A stretch of 64,000 nucleotides of DNA from an uncultured Acidobacteriota bacterium (lineage in GTDB: Bacteria; Acidobacteriota; Terriglobia; UBA7540). How positions within the stretch are numbered: the first letter of the stretch is position 1; every line of letters begins with the position of its first letter. Location of the stretch: assembly GCA_963804995.1 (NCBI GenBank), contig CAWDSK010000002.1, positions 576,001 through 640,000 on the forward strand. Reading direction: 5' to 3'. Below are positions 50,121-61,077 of this stretch, one piece after another. The translations under genes were made by a program, and so were the position numbers. The notes under the pieces were generated by a model that saw only the letters and a program-made list of their open reading frames with translations, did not search any database and had not been told where the DNA came from.

Positions 50121-52160
50121 TCAGGAAAGCTCTGCCGCCCGCCTTTGAAAGATTTCAATAAAGCAATTGACCAGTGAAACGGCCGCGGGCGTTATGCCGG
50201 GGATGCGTGAGGCTTGGCCGAGGGTGAGTGGGCGAACTTTGGTGAGCTTCTCCACGACCTCGCGTGAAAGGCCGGAAACCTTGCGGTAGTCGAACCAATC
50301 CGGAATGCGCCGTGCTTCCGCGCGCTTCATCCGTTCCATTTGTTTTTCCTGCTGCTGCAAGTAGCCTGCATATTTGAAGTCTGTCTCCACGCGGCGCGCT
50401 TCCTCGCGGGAAAGGACTGACGGTTCATGAATTGTCCCGGCCAACAAATCTTCGCCCCTCGTAGGGCCGGTTCGAGCATCGCCCCTACTACCCAATTCTT
50501 CCAGTCCCTTGCTGACCCAGGCTATTAAATCGTCAATGGATACGTCCGACCGTTTCAAGAGCTGTGCGCCAGTCAAGGGAGACGGGCCGGTAAAACGCTC
50601 GCCCTCCATCAACCCCAGCCGTGTGTAGACCTCGCGGCCCACGCGCGAGTCGGGAGCCAAGCGAGTTTCCAGCAGGAACTTCGTCGCGGCGGAAATGCGC
50701 AGTTTCTTCGCGAGAAACGCCTCGTAGTCTTTTTGCTTGACCGTCCCCACCTGGTATCCCAGCGGCGTCAGGCGCTCGTCAGCATTATCGATGCGCAGGT
50801 GCAGGCGGAATTCCGCGCGCGAGGTAAACATGCGGTAGGGCTCGTCCACACCCTTCGAGATCAGATCATCGATCAGGATTCCCACATACCCCTGGTCGCG
50901 GCCGATCGTCACGGGGTCTTTCCCTTCGACGCGCCGCGCCGCATTGATTCCCGCCATCAGGCCCTGGCAACCGGCTTCCTCGTAACCCGTCGTGCCGTTG
51001 ATCTGTCCAGCCAGAAAAAGGTTCCGAATCTTCTTCGTTTCGAGCCACGGATAGAGCTCTGTGGGCTGCACCATGTCGTACTCGATGGCGTATCCGGGCC
51101 GAATCATGTCTGCGCTCTCCAGGCCTGGAATCGACTTCACCATGGCCATCTGCACGTCGATGGGCATGGAGGTGGACATGCCGTTGAGATAAATCTCGTT
51201 GGTGTCCAGTCCTTCGGGTTCGAGGAAGAGCTGATGCTGCGTCTTATCAGGAAACTTCACGATCTTATCTTCGATGGAGGGACAGTAGCGCGGCCCGATG
51301 CCTTTAATCTGGCCGGAGTACAGAGGCGCGCGATGCACGTTCTCACGAATCGTTCGGTGCGTCTCGGCATTCGTATACGTGATCCAGCAGACCGTCTGTG
51401 GCTGGGTGATTGACTTGGTGCGAAAGCTGAAGGGTGTGGGAACCGGATCGCCGGCTTGCATTTGAAACTTCGAGAAATCGATGGTGCGCGCGTCCAGCCG
51501 CGGCGGCGTGCCCGTCTTGAGCCTGCCCACTTCGAAGCCCTGCCGGCGCAGCGCTTCGCCCAACAGCACGGAGGGCGGCTCGCCCGAGCGTCCCGCGGAA
51601 TACGTATTCTCTCCGCAATGGATCAGACCGTTCAGAAAAGTACCGGTCGTGACGATTACCGCGCCCGCCTCAACCGTGCGCCCGTCGAGCAAGCGAATAC
51701 CCCGCACGTGTAGCGCTGGCCTCGTGCCAGCGGTGTCGTGCGCGGACGTGATGCCACTATCTTCCAAAACCAGGTCGACTACCTCCGCCTGCTTGATGCG
51801 CAGGTTGGGTTCCGACTCAAGCACCTGACGCATCCTGGCGCGATAGAGCTTCTTGTCGGCTTGCGCGCGTGGGGACCATACGGCGGGCCCGCGACTGGTG
51901 TTGAGCAAGCGGAACTGAATTCCCACGGCGTCGATGACCTCACCCATCACGCCCCCCAGCGCGTCGATCTCTCGCACCAGGTGACCCTTGGCGATGCCTC
52001 CCACAGCAGGATTGCAGGACATCTGCGCAATCAGATCAAGATTGATAGTGTAAAGCGCGGTGCGCAAGCCCATGCGAGCCGCAGCCATCGCCGCCTCGCA
52101 GCCCGCGTGCCCGGCGCCCACCACCACCACGTCGTATTTTTCCGTAAAGCTCGAAAGCAT
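50121..52160 (-). CDS. mnmG: tRNA uridine-5-carboxymethylaminomethyl modification enzyme
   Basis: [63 protein letters not shown]. Confidence 0.97.
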   Translation of the reverse strand: MLSSFTEKYDVVVVGAGHAGCEAAMAAARMGLRTALYTINLDLIAQMSCNPAVGGIAKGHLVREIDALGGVMGEVIDAVGIQFRLLNTSRGPAVWSPRAQADKKLYRARMRQVLESEPNLRIKQAEVVDLVLEDSGITSAHDTAGTRPALHVRGIRLLDGRTVEAGAVIVTTGTFLNGLIHCGENTYSAGRSGEPPSVLLGEALRRQGFEVGRLKTGTPPRLDARTIDFSKFQMQAGDPVPTPFSFRTKSITQPQTVCWITYTNAETHRTIRENVHRAPLYSGQIKGIGPRYCPSIEDKIVKFPDKTQHQLFLEPEGLDTNEIYLNGMSTSMPIDVQMAMVKSIPGLESADMIRPGYAIEYDMVQPTELYPWLETKKIRNLFLAGQINGTTGYEEAGCQGLMAGINAARRVEGKDPVTIGRDQGYVGILIDDLISKGVDEPYRMFTSRAEFRLHLRIDNADERLTPLGYQVGTVKQKDYEAFLAKKLRISAATKFLLETRLAPDSRVGREVYTRLGLMEGERFTGPSPLTGAQLLKRSDVSIDDLIAWVSKGLEELGSRGDARTGPTRGEDLLAGTIHEPSVLSREEARRVETDFKYAGYLQQQEKQMERMKRAEARRIPDWFDYRKVSGLSREVVEKLTKVRPLTLGQASRIPGITPAAVSLVNCFIEIFQRRAAELS

Positions 52161-52350
52161 GTTTGGAAGTCCCGCCCCGTCCCGGAACAATCATTTTAAC
52201 AGTCCGGCTCCTGTTTGGCACGTGGCACCGATACAGACTCATCCAGAAACCATATTTGTGAAGGTGGATCATCTTAGGCAACCGATGAGATTACAATTTG
52301 CACTAACGGATTGACAAACTCGGGTGATTGCGAATAGTGTACGCCATCCT

Positions 52351-53688
52351 ATGAGAGTTTTAGTCCTCGGATCAGGTGGCCGCGAACACGCTCTCGCTTG
52401 GAAGCTGCATGAGAGCCAGCAGGTTGAGGAGCTGTATTGTGCCCCCGGCAATGCCGGTATCGCGCAAGAGGCGGAGTGTCTGCCGGTCGACCTCTCGCAG
52501 CCGAAGGCGATCGTGGAGGTCGCCAAACAAGTTCGCGCCGACCTGACTATCGTCGGGCCGGAAGCCCCGCTGGTGGCCGGGGTGGTCGATGAGTTCGAGA
52601 AAGAGGGCCTGGCGGTCATTGGCCCCAACAAAGCCGCTTCCCGCCTGGAAGGAAGCAAAATCTTTTCCAAGGAGTTCATGCAGCGACACGGCATTCCTTC
52701 CGCCCGATTCATGGTTGCCGATAACTTCGAATCTGCAATGCAGGGCCTGGCCCTCTTCCCACTTCCCGTGGTCATCAAAGCTGACGGGTTGGCCGCGGGC
52801 AAGGGCGTGGTCGTCGCACATAGCAAAGAGGAAGCAGAACAGGCGATCGACGACTTTATGCGGAAGAAGACGCTGGGTGACGCCGGCGACCGCGTGGTCA
52901 TCGAAGAATGCCTGACGGGCGAGGAGACGTCCTTTATCGTGCTCACCGACGGCCGCGGCATTCTCCCTCTCGTGCCGACGCAGGATCATAAAGCGCTGCT
53001 AGATGACGACCGCGGTCCCAATACGGGGGGCATGGGAGCTTTCAGCGATGACTCCATTCTCAGCGAGGAGTTGCGCGATGAAATCCTCCGCTCCATCGTC
53101 GCACCCACGCTGGCAGGCATGGAGATGGAGGGCACCCCTTATCGCGGCTTCCTGTATTGCGGGCTGATGCTGACGCCCGCAGGTCCCATGGTGCTCGAAT
53201 ATAATGTACGCATGGGTGACCCGGAGACCCAGCCCATCCTCATGCGGCTGCGCTCCGATCTCATGGAATTGCTATTGCCGTTGCGGGAAGGCCAGCTCGC
53301 AGCAGTGGATGCCCACTGGAGCCCGAGCCCTGCGGTTTGCGTTGTTCTCGCTTCCAAGGGTTACCCGGGAAGGCCTGAGATTGGCAAGGTCATTACGGGC
53401 TACGAAGGGGCGGAGGCCCTGGGAGGTGTTAAGATATTCCACGCCGGGACCCGGGTGGAGGATCACCAATTGCTCACCGCCGGCGGTCGCGTGCTGGGTG
53501 CTACGGCTATCGCGGAGGATTTGCCTGCCGCCATCCAACGGGCCTATGCGGCGGTCAGCAAGCTGCAGTTTGAAGGGATGCAATACCGCAAGGACATTGG
53601 TGCCAAAGGGCTGCGGGGGATTGCAACCCCGGCGGCGCCCAAGCGTTCACGGAACACGAAAAGTGAGCGTCTTTCGCCACGTAAGTAG
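52351..53688 (+). CDS. purD: Phosphoribosylamine--glycine ligase
   Basis: GSGGREHAL, VGPEAPL, KADGLAAGKGV, QDHK..GPNTGGMGA, EYNVRMGDPE. Confidence 0.97.
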   Translation: MRVLVLGSGGREHALAWKLHESQQVEELYCAPGNAGIAQEAECLPVDLSQPKAIVEVAKQVRADLTIVGPEAPLVAGVVDEFEKEGLAVIGPNKAASRLEGSKIFSKEFMQRHGIPSARFMVADNFESAMQGLALFPLPVVIKADGLAAGKGVVVAHSKEEAEQAIDDFMRKKTLGDAGDRVVIEECLTGEETSFIVLTDGRGILPLVPTQDHKALLDDDRGPNTGGMGAFSDDSILSEELRDEILRSIVAPTLAGMEMEGTPYRGFLYCGLMLTPAGPMVLEYNVRMGDPETQPILMRLRSDLMELLLPLREGQLAAVDAHWSPSPAVCVVLASKGYPGRPEIGKVITGYEGAEALGGVKIFHAGTRVEDHQLLTAGGRVLGATAIAEDLPAAIQRAYAAVSKLQFEGMQYRKDIGAKGLRGIATPAAPKRSRNTKSERLSPRK

Positions 53689-53744
53689 CACCGGCACATT
53701 CGGCCGGTGTCATTCAAACCGATCTGAAACGGAGGAGATAGACG

Positions 53745-54254
53745 ATGCCTGAGAAGCCATTGGTTGGCATCCTCATGGGTAGTGACACGGACCTGCCTGT
53801 GATGACAGAAACCGCGCAAACCCTGAAGAAATTCGGTGTTCCCTTTGAAATAGAAATCACTTCTGCCCACCGCTCACCGGCGCGCACGTCGGAGTACGCG
53901 CGCACAGCCGTCAAGCGCGGGTTGAAAGTGCTCATCGTGGGCGCCGGGGGAGCTTCGCACCTGGCGGGCGTGATCGCTGCAGAAACCATTCTACCCGTCA
54001 TCGGTGTGCCCATGGCCACTACCACACTGGCCGGACTTGACGCGCTGCTTTCTACCGTGCAGATGCCCGGCGGCGTGCCCGTGGCCTGCACGGCGATCGG
54101 CAAGCCGGGGGCAATCAACGCCGCTATCTTCGCAGCCCAGATCATCGCCACCTCCGACCCCGCAATCGCGCAGAAGCTATTTGAACATAAGGAACAATTG
54201 GCGCGCTCGGTTGCGGAAAAGTCGGAAAAGCTCAAGCGCGAGTTCCAAATCTAG
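53745..54254 (+). CDS. purE: N5-CAIR mutase
   Basis: GILMGSDTD, SAHRSP, GAGGASHL.G, LPVIGVP, VQMPGGVPVA. Confidence 0.97.
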   Translation: MPEKPLVGILMGSDTDLPVMTETAQTLKKFGVPFEIEITSAHRSPARTSEYARTAVKRGLKVLIVGAGGASHLAGVIAAETILPVIGVPMATTTLAGLDALLSTVQMPGGVPVACTAIGKPGAINAAIFAAQIIATSDPAIAQKLFEHKEQLARSVAEKSEKLKREFQI

Positions 54255-54378
54255 TTCAGGCCAGGTGCAGCGCGGTTCGGTGACTGTTTCGGATTCCCTC
54301 TGGCGCGGTACTCTGTTTCCTGTAGCGCCGGCCTCGATGACATCTTAGACCAAGCCGCCTGCTCCTCTGGAGGCCAGG

Positions 54379-55329
54379 GTGCTGAGAATTGATTTCCAGG
54401 GTGGCAACACATCCCCGGCTAGATCCTTGCGGTGGTCGGCGCTGGCCGCGTTGGTCTTCCTCTTGGGCACGGCTTCGACGATGGCGGTGCAGGGCGCGAC
54501 ACCTATAAATCGCACCCCCGTGGATGACGCTACGTTCGCGCAGATCGCCGATCTTTTTCAGTACGACCACAACCTGCCGCTCGAGTCCGCGACTATCGGG
54601 GCGTGGCCCTATCGTATCCCCTACGTGATCGAGAAAATCACTTACCGCAGCGCGCACCACGAGCGCGTGCCCGGGTATTTTGCTCATCCCGTTGCAGAGC
54701 AGGGCCGGCGCTTTCCCGCTGTCTTGCTAGTGCATGGCTCAAACGGTTTCTGGGGCAAGAATGAAGATTGGGTGCTGGACTGGCTCAACGTGCTGGTGCG
54801 TTCCGGCCGCGCGGTGCTCGTGATCGATAACTATGGGTTCGGAGAACGCATGTTGACCCCCGACATCGAGGAGGAAAGACTCCTACCTTATGCGATGCGC
54901 GACATGGTTGTGCAGAGTGTGATCGACCAGCGGCGCGGCCTCGACTACCTTGAGACGCGCCCGGAAGTCGACCCCAAGAAGCTCGGCCTCCTGGGGGGTA
55001 GCAGAGGCAGTTGGATTGGGGCAATGGTCGCCGGGCTCAACGGCCGGCTCTCCGCCGTTGTCCTGATTGTCACGCAGGAATCGAACGGTTCGACTGATGA
55101 CCTCGTCCGGCGCTATCGTCACACGCTCAACTTTGTACCTCGCATCACCGCTCCTGTGATGTTAGTGAACGCCACACAGGATAAACCCGTGCGCTCCGAG
55201 CTTGCCAAAGAGATGATGAAACTCCTGCGCGTACCCAAGCGCCAGGTCTGGTATGAGAGCGGGCATTACATCGCCCCGAAGACCGGCAACAAGGAAGCGT
55301 TGGAATGGTTTGACAACTATCTGAAATGA
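54379..55329 (+). CDS. Secreted alpha/beta hydrolase
   Basis: PAVLLVHG, RRGLDYL..RPEVD, GGSRG elbow, D and GH triad positions. Confidence 0.8.
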   Translation: MLRIDFQGGNTSPARSLRWSALAALVFLLGTASTMAVQGATPINRTPVDDATFAQIADLFQYDHNLPLESATIGAWPYRIPYVIEKITYRSAHHERVPGYFAHPVAEQGRRFPAVLLVHGSNGFWGKNEDWVLDWLNVLVRSGRAVLVIDNYGFGERMLTPDIEEERLLPYAMRDMVVQSVIDQRRGLDYLETRPEVDPKKLGLLGGSRGSWIGAMVAGLNGRLSAVVLIVTQESNGSTDDLVRRYRHTLNFVPRITAPVMLVNATQDKPVRSELAKEMMKLLRVPKRQVWYESGHYIAPKTGNKEALEWFDNYLK

Positions 55330-55455
55330 CCGGGCGCGCGGCGAGTTCCGGGTGACCGCTGCGAGCTCAGTCAATTCCTTTCCATTTAGACTCCCTTTGC
55401 TGATTCCTATATTCGTAGTAGGCTCAGAGAGCACCGTCAGCAAGGAGCGTTTTTG

Positions 55456-56130
55456 ATGTTCATCGGGCACTTTGGAGTCGCGCTGGCCGCGAAAAAAGTG
55501 ACGCCACGCACCTCGCTCGGCACGCTGGTGATGGCGGCGCAGTTCACCGACCTCCTCTGGCCGATCTTCCTTCTCCTGGGGGTCGAGAAAGTCGTAATTG
55601 CTCCGGGCAACACGGTGGTCACGCCGCTGGATTTTATTTCCTACCCCCTCTCACACAGCCTGCTCGCCGACCTTGGGTGGGCCAGCCTTTTTGCGGGTAT
55701 CTACAAACTAGTGAAACACGACTCGCGCGGGGCCCTCTGCCTGTGGTTTGTGCTGATGAGCCACTGGATACTTGATGCGCTCACCCATCGCCCTGACCTC
55801 CCACTCTATCCTGGTAGTTCAACATACGTCGGCCTGGGTCTTTGGAATTCGCGCCTGGGGACTATTCTCGTTGAGGGGGCGATTTTCACGCTCGGCGTGA
55901 TGCTTTACGCGAACACCACTCGGCCGCGCGACCGTATCGGCATTTACGCATTCAGGACATTTGTTGCGCTGCTGGTCTTGTTCTACGTTGCGAACCTCTT
56001 CGGCCCACCGCCGCCTAGCTCGAAGGCCGTCGCCCTCGGCAGCCTCAGCCTTTGGCTCTTCGTAGCTTGGGCTTACTGGTTTGATCGCCACCGGCAGCAA
56101 CCGCCCCTTCTAAATCCGGGTTGCGAATAA
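55456..56130 (+). CDS. Membrane-bound metal-dependent hydrolase (YdjM-like)
   Basis: MFIGHF, DLLWP, SHSL, SHWILDALTHRPDLPL. Confidence 0.75.
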   Translation: MFIGHFGVALAAKKVTPRTSLGTLVMAAQFTDLLWPIFLLLGVEKVVIAPGNTVVTPLDFISYPLSHSLLADLGWASLFAGIYKLVKHDSRGALCLWFVLMSHWILDALTHRPDLPLYPGSSTYVGLGLWNSRLGTILVEGAIFTLGVMLYANTTRPRDRIGIYAFRTFVALLVLFYVANLFGPPPPSSKAVALGSLSLWLFVAWAYWFDRHRQQPPLLNPGCE

Positions 56131-56292
56131 GCTTCAGTCCGAGCATGCTCCCGCCTCGGCAGCGTTCGGAGCGGTCTTTTGCAAATACGTAAACGCTGCT
56201 TGACTCCCACCACGCAGAACACTATCTTTCCTTCCATACCATTGCTGGGAACTTTCGCGAACCGTTGAAGACTCGCCGAAGGGGATTCCAAG

Positions 56293-57400
56293 ATGCCCAA
56301 GCCCTTATCTGCTGTCGATTGCATCAGCCCCGCGCTGGAGCGGACCAAGCGGCAACTCTTCGCGCCCTTTCGCTTCCGCCGTTGGGCGCGCCTCGCGATC
56401 GTTTGCCTGATCACGGGCGAATTCGCCGGTGGTGGCGGATATACAGGGGGCTTCAACTACCAGCCGACACGGTCCCGCGGCGGCCACACTGCCTTACTCC
56501 TCCGGCCCATCGATTGGCGAGTTCTTGAAAGCTTCTTGCCATGGATTATCCTCGGCGTTGGCCTGCTGCTCCTGCTCATCCTCCTCTGGATTTATGCCGC
56601 CGCAGTGTATCGCTTCGTCCTCTTCGACTCCGTCGTTTACGATCGCTGCGAGTTGAAAGGAAGCTGGAGCCGTTGGGAATCTGCGGGCCGAAGCTACTTC
56701 TTCTGGTGCCTCTCGCTGTTTTTCACTGTCTGGGCAGCGCTGCTCGTGCTGATTGGCGGGCCGGTCTTTCTTGCATGGCGCGCCGGGATTTTTCAACACC
56801 CTCGCGCACACCTGGCCCCCCTGATTCTGGGCGGTATCGCGCTCCTCTTCCTGGTGGTTGTGATTTTTGTGACCAGCGCGATCGTGGCGGTCTTTGCCAA
56901 GGATTTCTGCGTTGCCGCTCATGGCGATGGAAAACGTGGGTGTGCTTGACGCCTGGCGCCGCCTGCTCCCCATGCTGGCGGCTGAGAAGATGGCTTACAC
57001 CGGCTTCGTGCTGATGAAGATCATTCTGGCCATGGGGAGCGCCATCATCTTCGGCATCGCCACGCTGCTGGCCCTGATTATTGTGGCAATTCCGTTGGTC
57101 ATCGCCGGAGTGATCTTATTCTTTGTGGGCAAAGCTGCCGGCCTCGCGTGGGGCCCCGCAACCCTCATCATCTTGGTTATCGTGGGAGGCATCCTGCTAA
57201 CTGGCATTATCTATTTGATTGCGCTCATCAGCACGCCGCCCATGGTGTTCTTCCAATCTTACGTGCTTCACTTCTTCGGCGGCCGTTACCCGGCGCTCGG
57301 CGCCATTGTTTCTCCCCCTCCGCCTGAACCCCAGCCTGCTCCTTCCCTGGAAGGACCACCGGGATTTGAGCTGCCCCCGGCACCGGCACCCACAGCGTAA
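56293..57400 (+). CDS. Multi-pass membrane protein; probable 1-nt indel near 56910
   Basis: Two overlapping hydrophobic ORFs that join by a single frameshift. Confidence 0.7.
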
Positions 57401-57506
57401 AACGGCTTCTTGAATTGATCCGGATTGGATAAGGGAACCTCGCGGAAAGTTATTCTAGGCCGCAGGAGTTAAGGGTATCCCACCAGTGGACCCGGAAGGT
57501 CGCTGG

Positions 57507-58083
57507 CTACTTCTTTGTTCGGCTGCCGGGTTTTACGGCGGGGATACCGGCTTTGCACAGCGGACAGTCGGCAGGATTGTAGTTCTGAATCTGCAGTGTG
57601 ACGAGCGCGGCTTTGGGCAAACCCAGGTCCGCCGTGCCGCCGCTGCGGTCAATAAGCGCGCCCGTGCCCACCACCTTGGCGCCTGCCTGCTCGACGCACT
57701 GGATCGTCTCGCGCGTGGACAGGCCCGTGGTGATCACATCCTCAACCACCAGGGCGAGCTTCGCCGGGCGCCAGACTGAACCCGCGCCGCAGCGTCATGG
57801 CGCCTTCCTGCCGCTCCGTGAAAAGTGCGCGCACGCCCAGGGCTCGAGCCACCTCGTGGGCCACCAGGACTCCACCCAGCGCCGGCGCCGCCACCACCGC
57901 GGCTCCCAGGTGACGCAACTTTTCCGCTAATAAAGCGCCCAACTGTTCCGCCACGCGCGGATGTTGCAGCACCAGCGCGCACTGCACATAGCGATTACTG
58001 TGCAGGCCCGATGAAAGTATGAAGTGCCCTTCGAGAACAGCCGAATGTTTGCGAAAGATATCGAGAATCTCGTTTTCAGTCAT
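57507..58083 (-). CDS. pyrE: Orotate phosphoribosyltransferase; probable 1-nt indel near 57755
   Basis: LEGHFILSSGLHS..YVQCA; VEDVITTGLS PRPP loop; KPGSR. Confidence 0.93.
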
Positions 58084-58829
58084 GAGTGTTGAACCTGGGA
58101 TGCAGGGGATAGGAGTGCCTTTTCCATTTCCGCGGCGATGGCGCCCGCGGCTGCAGCGGGGTCTGACGCCCCAGTGATGGGCCGTCCGATGACCAGATAA
58201 TCTGCGCCGGCCCGGAGGGCGCTCTCAGGAGTTGCGATCCGGGCCTGATCGTCACTGGAGGCGGAGGCAGGCCTGATGCCGGGCGTAACAATCAGGAAGT
58301 CAGGCCCGCAAGCTTTGCGAATCGCGGAGATTTCCTGCGGCGAGGCCACGACGCCATCGACCCCGGCCGATTGCGCCAGCCGCGCCAACCGAACCACCAT
58401 CTCTTCCGGAGAGCCCTGGAAGCCCACTTCCGCCAGGTCCTCTGCGCCGAGGCTGGTAAGCACCGTGACCGCCAGCAGACGGGTGGGCGTTGCGGCCCGC
58501 GCACTCTGAGCTGAGCGAATCCCTTCGAGGGCCGCTTCCATCATCTTGCGTCCGCCGGAGGCGTGAACGTTCACCAGGCTCACGCCCAGCGTTGCCGCCT
58601 GCCGTGCTGCCGCACGCACGGTGTTCGGGATATCGTGGAACTTGAGATCGAGGAAAACCTTCTCGCCTGTGGCAATAAGGTAGCGCGCCAGCACGGGGCC
58701 CTCCGCCGTGAAGACCTCTGAGCCGACCTTAAACATCCCCACATGGCCGTGCAGCTTTTGCGCAATGTGCAGGGCGGCGTCCGCGCTCGGAACATCGAGC
58801 GCCACAATGATTTTTTCTCTGGCAGGCAT
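58080..58829 (-). CDS. pyrF: Orotidine-5'-phosphate decarboxylase
   Basis: IIVALD, FLDLKFHDIPNTV, AVTVLTS, VTPGIRP, VIGRPI. Confidence 0.97.
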   Translation of the reverse strand: MPAREKIIVALDVPSADAALHIAQKLHGHVGMFKVGSEVFTAEGPVLARYLIATGEKVFLDLKFHDIPNTVRAAARQAATLGVSLVNVHASGGRKMMEAALEGIRSAQSARAATPTRLLAVTVLTSLGAEDLAEVGFQGSPEEMVVRLARLAQSAGVDGVVASPQEISAIRKACGPDFLIVTPGIRPASASSDDQARIATPESALRAGADYLVIGRPITGASDPAAAAGAIAAEMEKALLSPASQVQHS

Positions 58830-59182
58830 GGACCCCATTTTAATGGAACTGTGTTGAAAGGGGAAATTGAAACTTCCCGGGCCGCAAATCCGGCACGTTT
58901 CGTAGGGGCACCACGTGTGGCAAGCTTGTCCAAATTATGCTCCGCGCGGCAAGGCATGACCTGCGGCGCTGGTCGCCACGGCGACAAAGGCTGCGGAACT
59001 CCCCTCCTGATTTAGGAGGGGTGGCGCCGTAGGCGACGGGGTGGTTACCCATCCGCCGGGCGGGTTGACACTACGATCAGCACGACGTCTTTATCTTGTC
59101 AGCACCACCCCGGCGCGCGGCCCCGATGATCAATTTGGAAAGAACGCGCTATCGGGGCTCGGCGCGCCACCCCTCCTCATCT

Positions 59183-59281
59183 GAGGCTGTCTCAAAACTA
59201 GGTATTTCTGACTGTTGCACAGCGTAAGTTATTGATTATTCGTCGTAAAAACCGTGAATTTGCCAGTTTTGAGACAGCCTC
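59183..59281. mobile_element. 99-bp MITE in a hairpin loop (inverted homolog of 11343-11441)
   Basis: gaggctgtctcaaaact / agttttgagacagcctc with ATCT on both sides. Confidence 0.8.
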
Positions 59282-59390
59282 ATCTGAGGAGGGGAGTTCT
59301 TTTTACGGTGAGGCCGCTCGGGTCACTCGCTAATTTGGACAGCCCTGCCCCTTGTGGGCGCCCCCCACAAGGGCCCCACGAGGGGTGCCC

Positions 59391-59981
59391 CTACAAGATG
59401 CGTTGGTCGTGGCCTCGCCGCGCTGTGTCACCCTCCGCGCCAAAGAGTTCACGGAACTCATCAGAGGATTTCCGCAACGCCAGCCAATCCTCGATCAGGT
59501 CTGGTGTTTCGAGCCAGACCTGAAACCAGCGTGCGATCTCCAACTTTTCGCGGCGCTTTTCAGCCTTAACGCGCGGGTTCCGAGACAGGCTCTGCGCGCG
59601 CAACTTCCCTTTCTTCACGAGCGCCAGTACCCACCTTGCCCCGTCATCATCCCCGGCGCCTTGATACTCGCGATGCATGGTATCAAGCTTTCGCAAGGAC
59701 CTTTCCGCGCTCGCGAGATCATGAAACTCCAGCACACCTTTCAGCCGGCTCGCGTAAGGCTCCGGCATCATAGGATCCGAATAACGGTCTTCGTATTGGA
59801 CCTTGTACTCCGCGTCTCGTAGAACCGCGGCAATGTAAGCGAGCGAGGTCCGGTCGTCAGGCCCCAGCCGGCGCCGGAGCTCGTCGCGGATGGCGCGCAG
59901 GTCAGAAGCCTCGACGGTTTGCAGGTTTTGCGCCGCACAAAAATCAAGAATGATCCGCTTTTTGCTGATCTCGGGAGACAT
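59391..59981 (-). CDS. Conserved-looking hypothetical protein in an operon with mltG
   Basis: Overlaps the mltG 3' end; KLEIARWFQVWLETP...WLALRK.S.EF. Confidence 0.7.
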   Translation of the reverse strand: MSPEISKKRIILDFCAAQNLQTVEASDLRAIRDELRRRLGPDDRTSLAYIAAVLRDAEYKVQYEDRYSDPMMPEPYASRLKGVLEFHDLASAERSLRKLDTMHREYQGAGDDDGARWVLALVKKGKLRAQSLSRNPRVKAEKRREKLEIARWFQVWLETPDLIEDWLALRKSSDEFRELFGAEGDTARRGHDQRIL

Positions 59982-61077
59982 CTTTTTTTGCCCCGCCAAT
60001 CTTCCGGGAGTCGCCCTTCCGCTGGGTCGTGGAAGATTTGCCGGGAGAATCGGGTTTTTGCGATGCCGCGCGCCGCAGGGCTGCAACTTCGCGCCGGTAA
60101 TGCGCCACATTGCGCTGGTGTTCAGCAAGGTTTGCAGCAAATATGTGGCCCCCGTGATTGTTGCTCACGAAGTAAAGCGTATCGCCATCATCCGGGTGGA
60201 ATGCCGCGCGTATCGAGGCCTCACCGGGACTGGCAATGGGCCCAGGAGGCAAACCTGCGTGTCGATACGTATTGAACGGTGAGTCAAAGTTCAGGTCTTT
60301 CGTTGTGATGGCGCCGATGGCCCGGTGGGCGATGCGCGCGGCGTAGACCACGGTTGGGTCGCACTGCAAAGGCATGCCTTTTTCGAGCCGGCGGGTGAAC
60401 ACACCTGCCACCATCGGCCGCTCCGCGGGGTTGGGCGTCTCCTTTTCCACGAGGGAGGCCAACGATATCGCCGCATGAAGTTTCTCGAGCCCCGCAGCCA
60501 TTTCGTTATGAAAGCGCGTTTGGAGGACGTGCCGGAAGCGTGCCAGCATCGTGGCAACAACAGTCGCTGCTACTGTCCGCCGTGGGAATCGGTAGGTGTC
60601 CGGAAAAAGGTAACCTTCGAGTGAGGGCGCCTGGGGATCCAGGTCCTGGATCAGCGCCGTCTGCTCGGTGGTGCGCAGGAAAGCAGCAGGGTCGATACCC
60701 ATGCGCTCCTCGAAGACTCGCGCCATATCGAATCGGTCGGAGCCTTCGGGAATCACCACGGGATGGAGATAGACTTCCCCCAGAATCAATTTGCGGTAAA
60801 CATCGATAGGGCGCAGCGGCCGATCAAAAAAATATTCGCCTGCCTCTAGACGCTTATGGGCGCGTCCCAGGCCGTAGCGGATGAGAAAGGGAATCCGATG
60901 CGCGAGCACTCCCCGTTCGACGAGCAGGCCAGCGATGGCGCGCCCGTCCATGCCAGGTGCAATTTCGACCATTAGGTCGCCCGTGAAGCCGCGGTAAGGA
61001 CGATAGAGGTCGCGTGCCACCCAGGCTGCGCCCGCCAGGCCCAGAACCACGACCACCGCTGCGAGTTTACGCTTCAT
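59944..61077 (-). CDS. mltG: Endolytic transglycosylase MltG (YceG)
   Basis: N-terminal TM; IPEG, LEGYLFPDTY, LASLVEKE, LQCDPT, FNTY...GLPPGPIASPG. Confidence 0.95.
   Translation of the reverse strand: MKRKLAAVVVVLGLAGAAWVARDLYRPYRGFTGDLMVEIAPGMDGRAIAGLLVERGVLAHRIPFLIRYGLGRAHKRLEAGEYFFDRPLRPIDVYRKLILGEVYLHPVVIPEGSDRFDMARVFEERMGIDPAAFLRTTEQTALIQDLDPQAPSLEGYLFPDTYRFPRRTVAATVVATMLARFRHVLQTRFHNEMAAGLEKLHAAISLASLVEKETPNPAERPMVAGVFTRRLEKGMPLQCDPTVVYAARIAHRAIGAITTKDLNFDSPFNTYRHAGLPPGPIASPGEASIRAAFHPDDGDTLYFVSNNHGGHIFAANLAEHQRNVAHYRREVAALRRAASQKPDSPGKSSTTQRKGDSRKIGGAKKDVSRDQQKADHS

Noticed and set aside
830..58083. Frameshifts in the enolase, GH99-like, sat, MFS, scpA, rluB, membrane protein and pyrE genes as pseudogenes or programmed frameshifts
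   Set aside because: Single indels in otherwise intact, often housekeeping genes are best explained by uncorrected sequencing errors; needs read polishing
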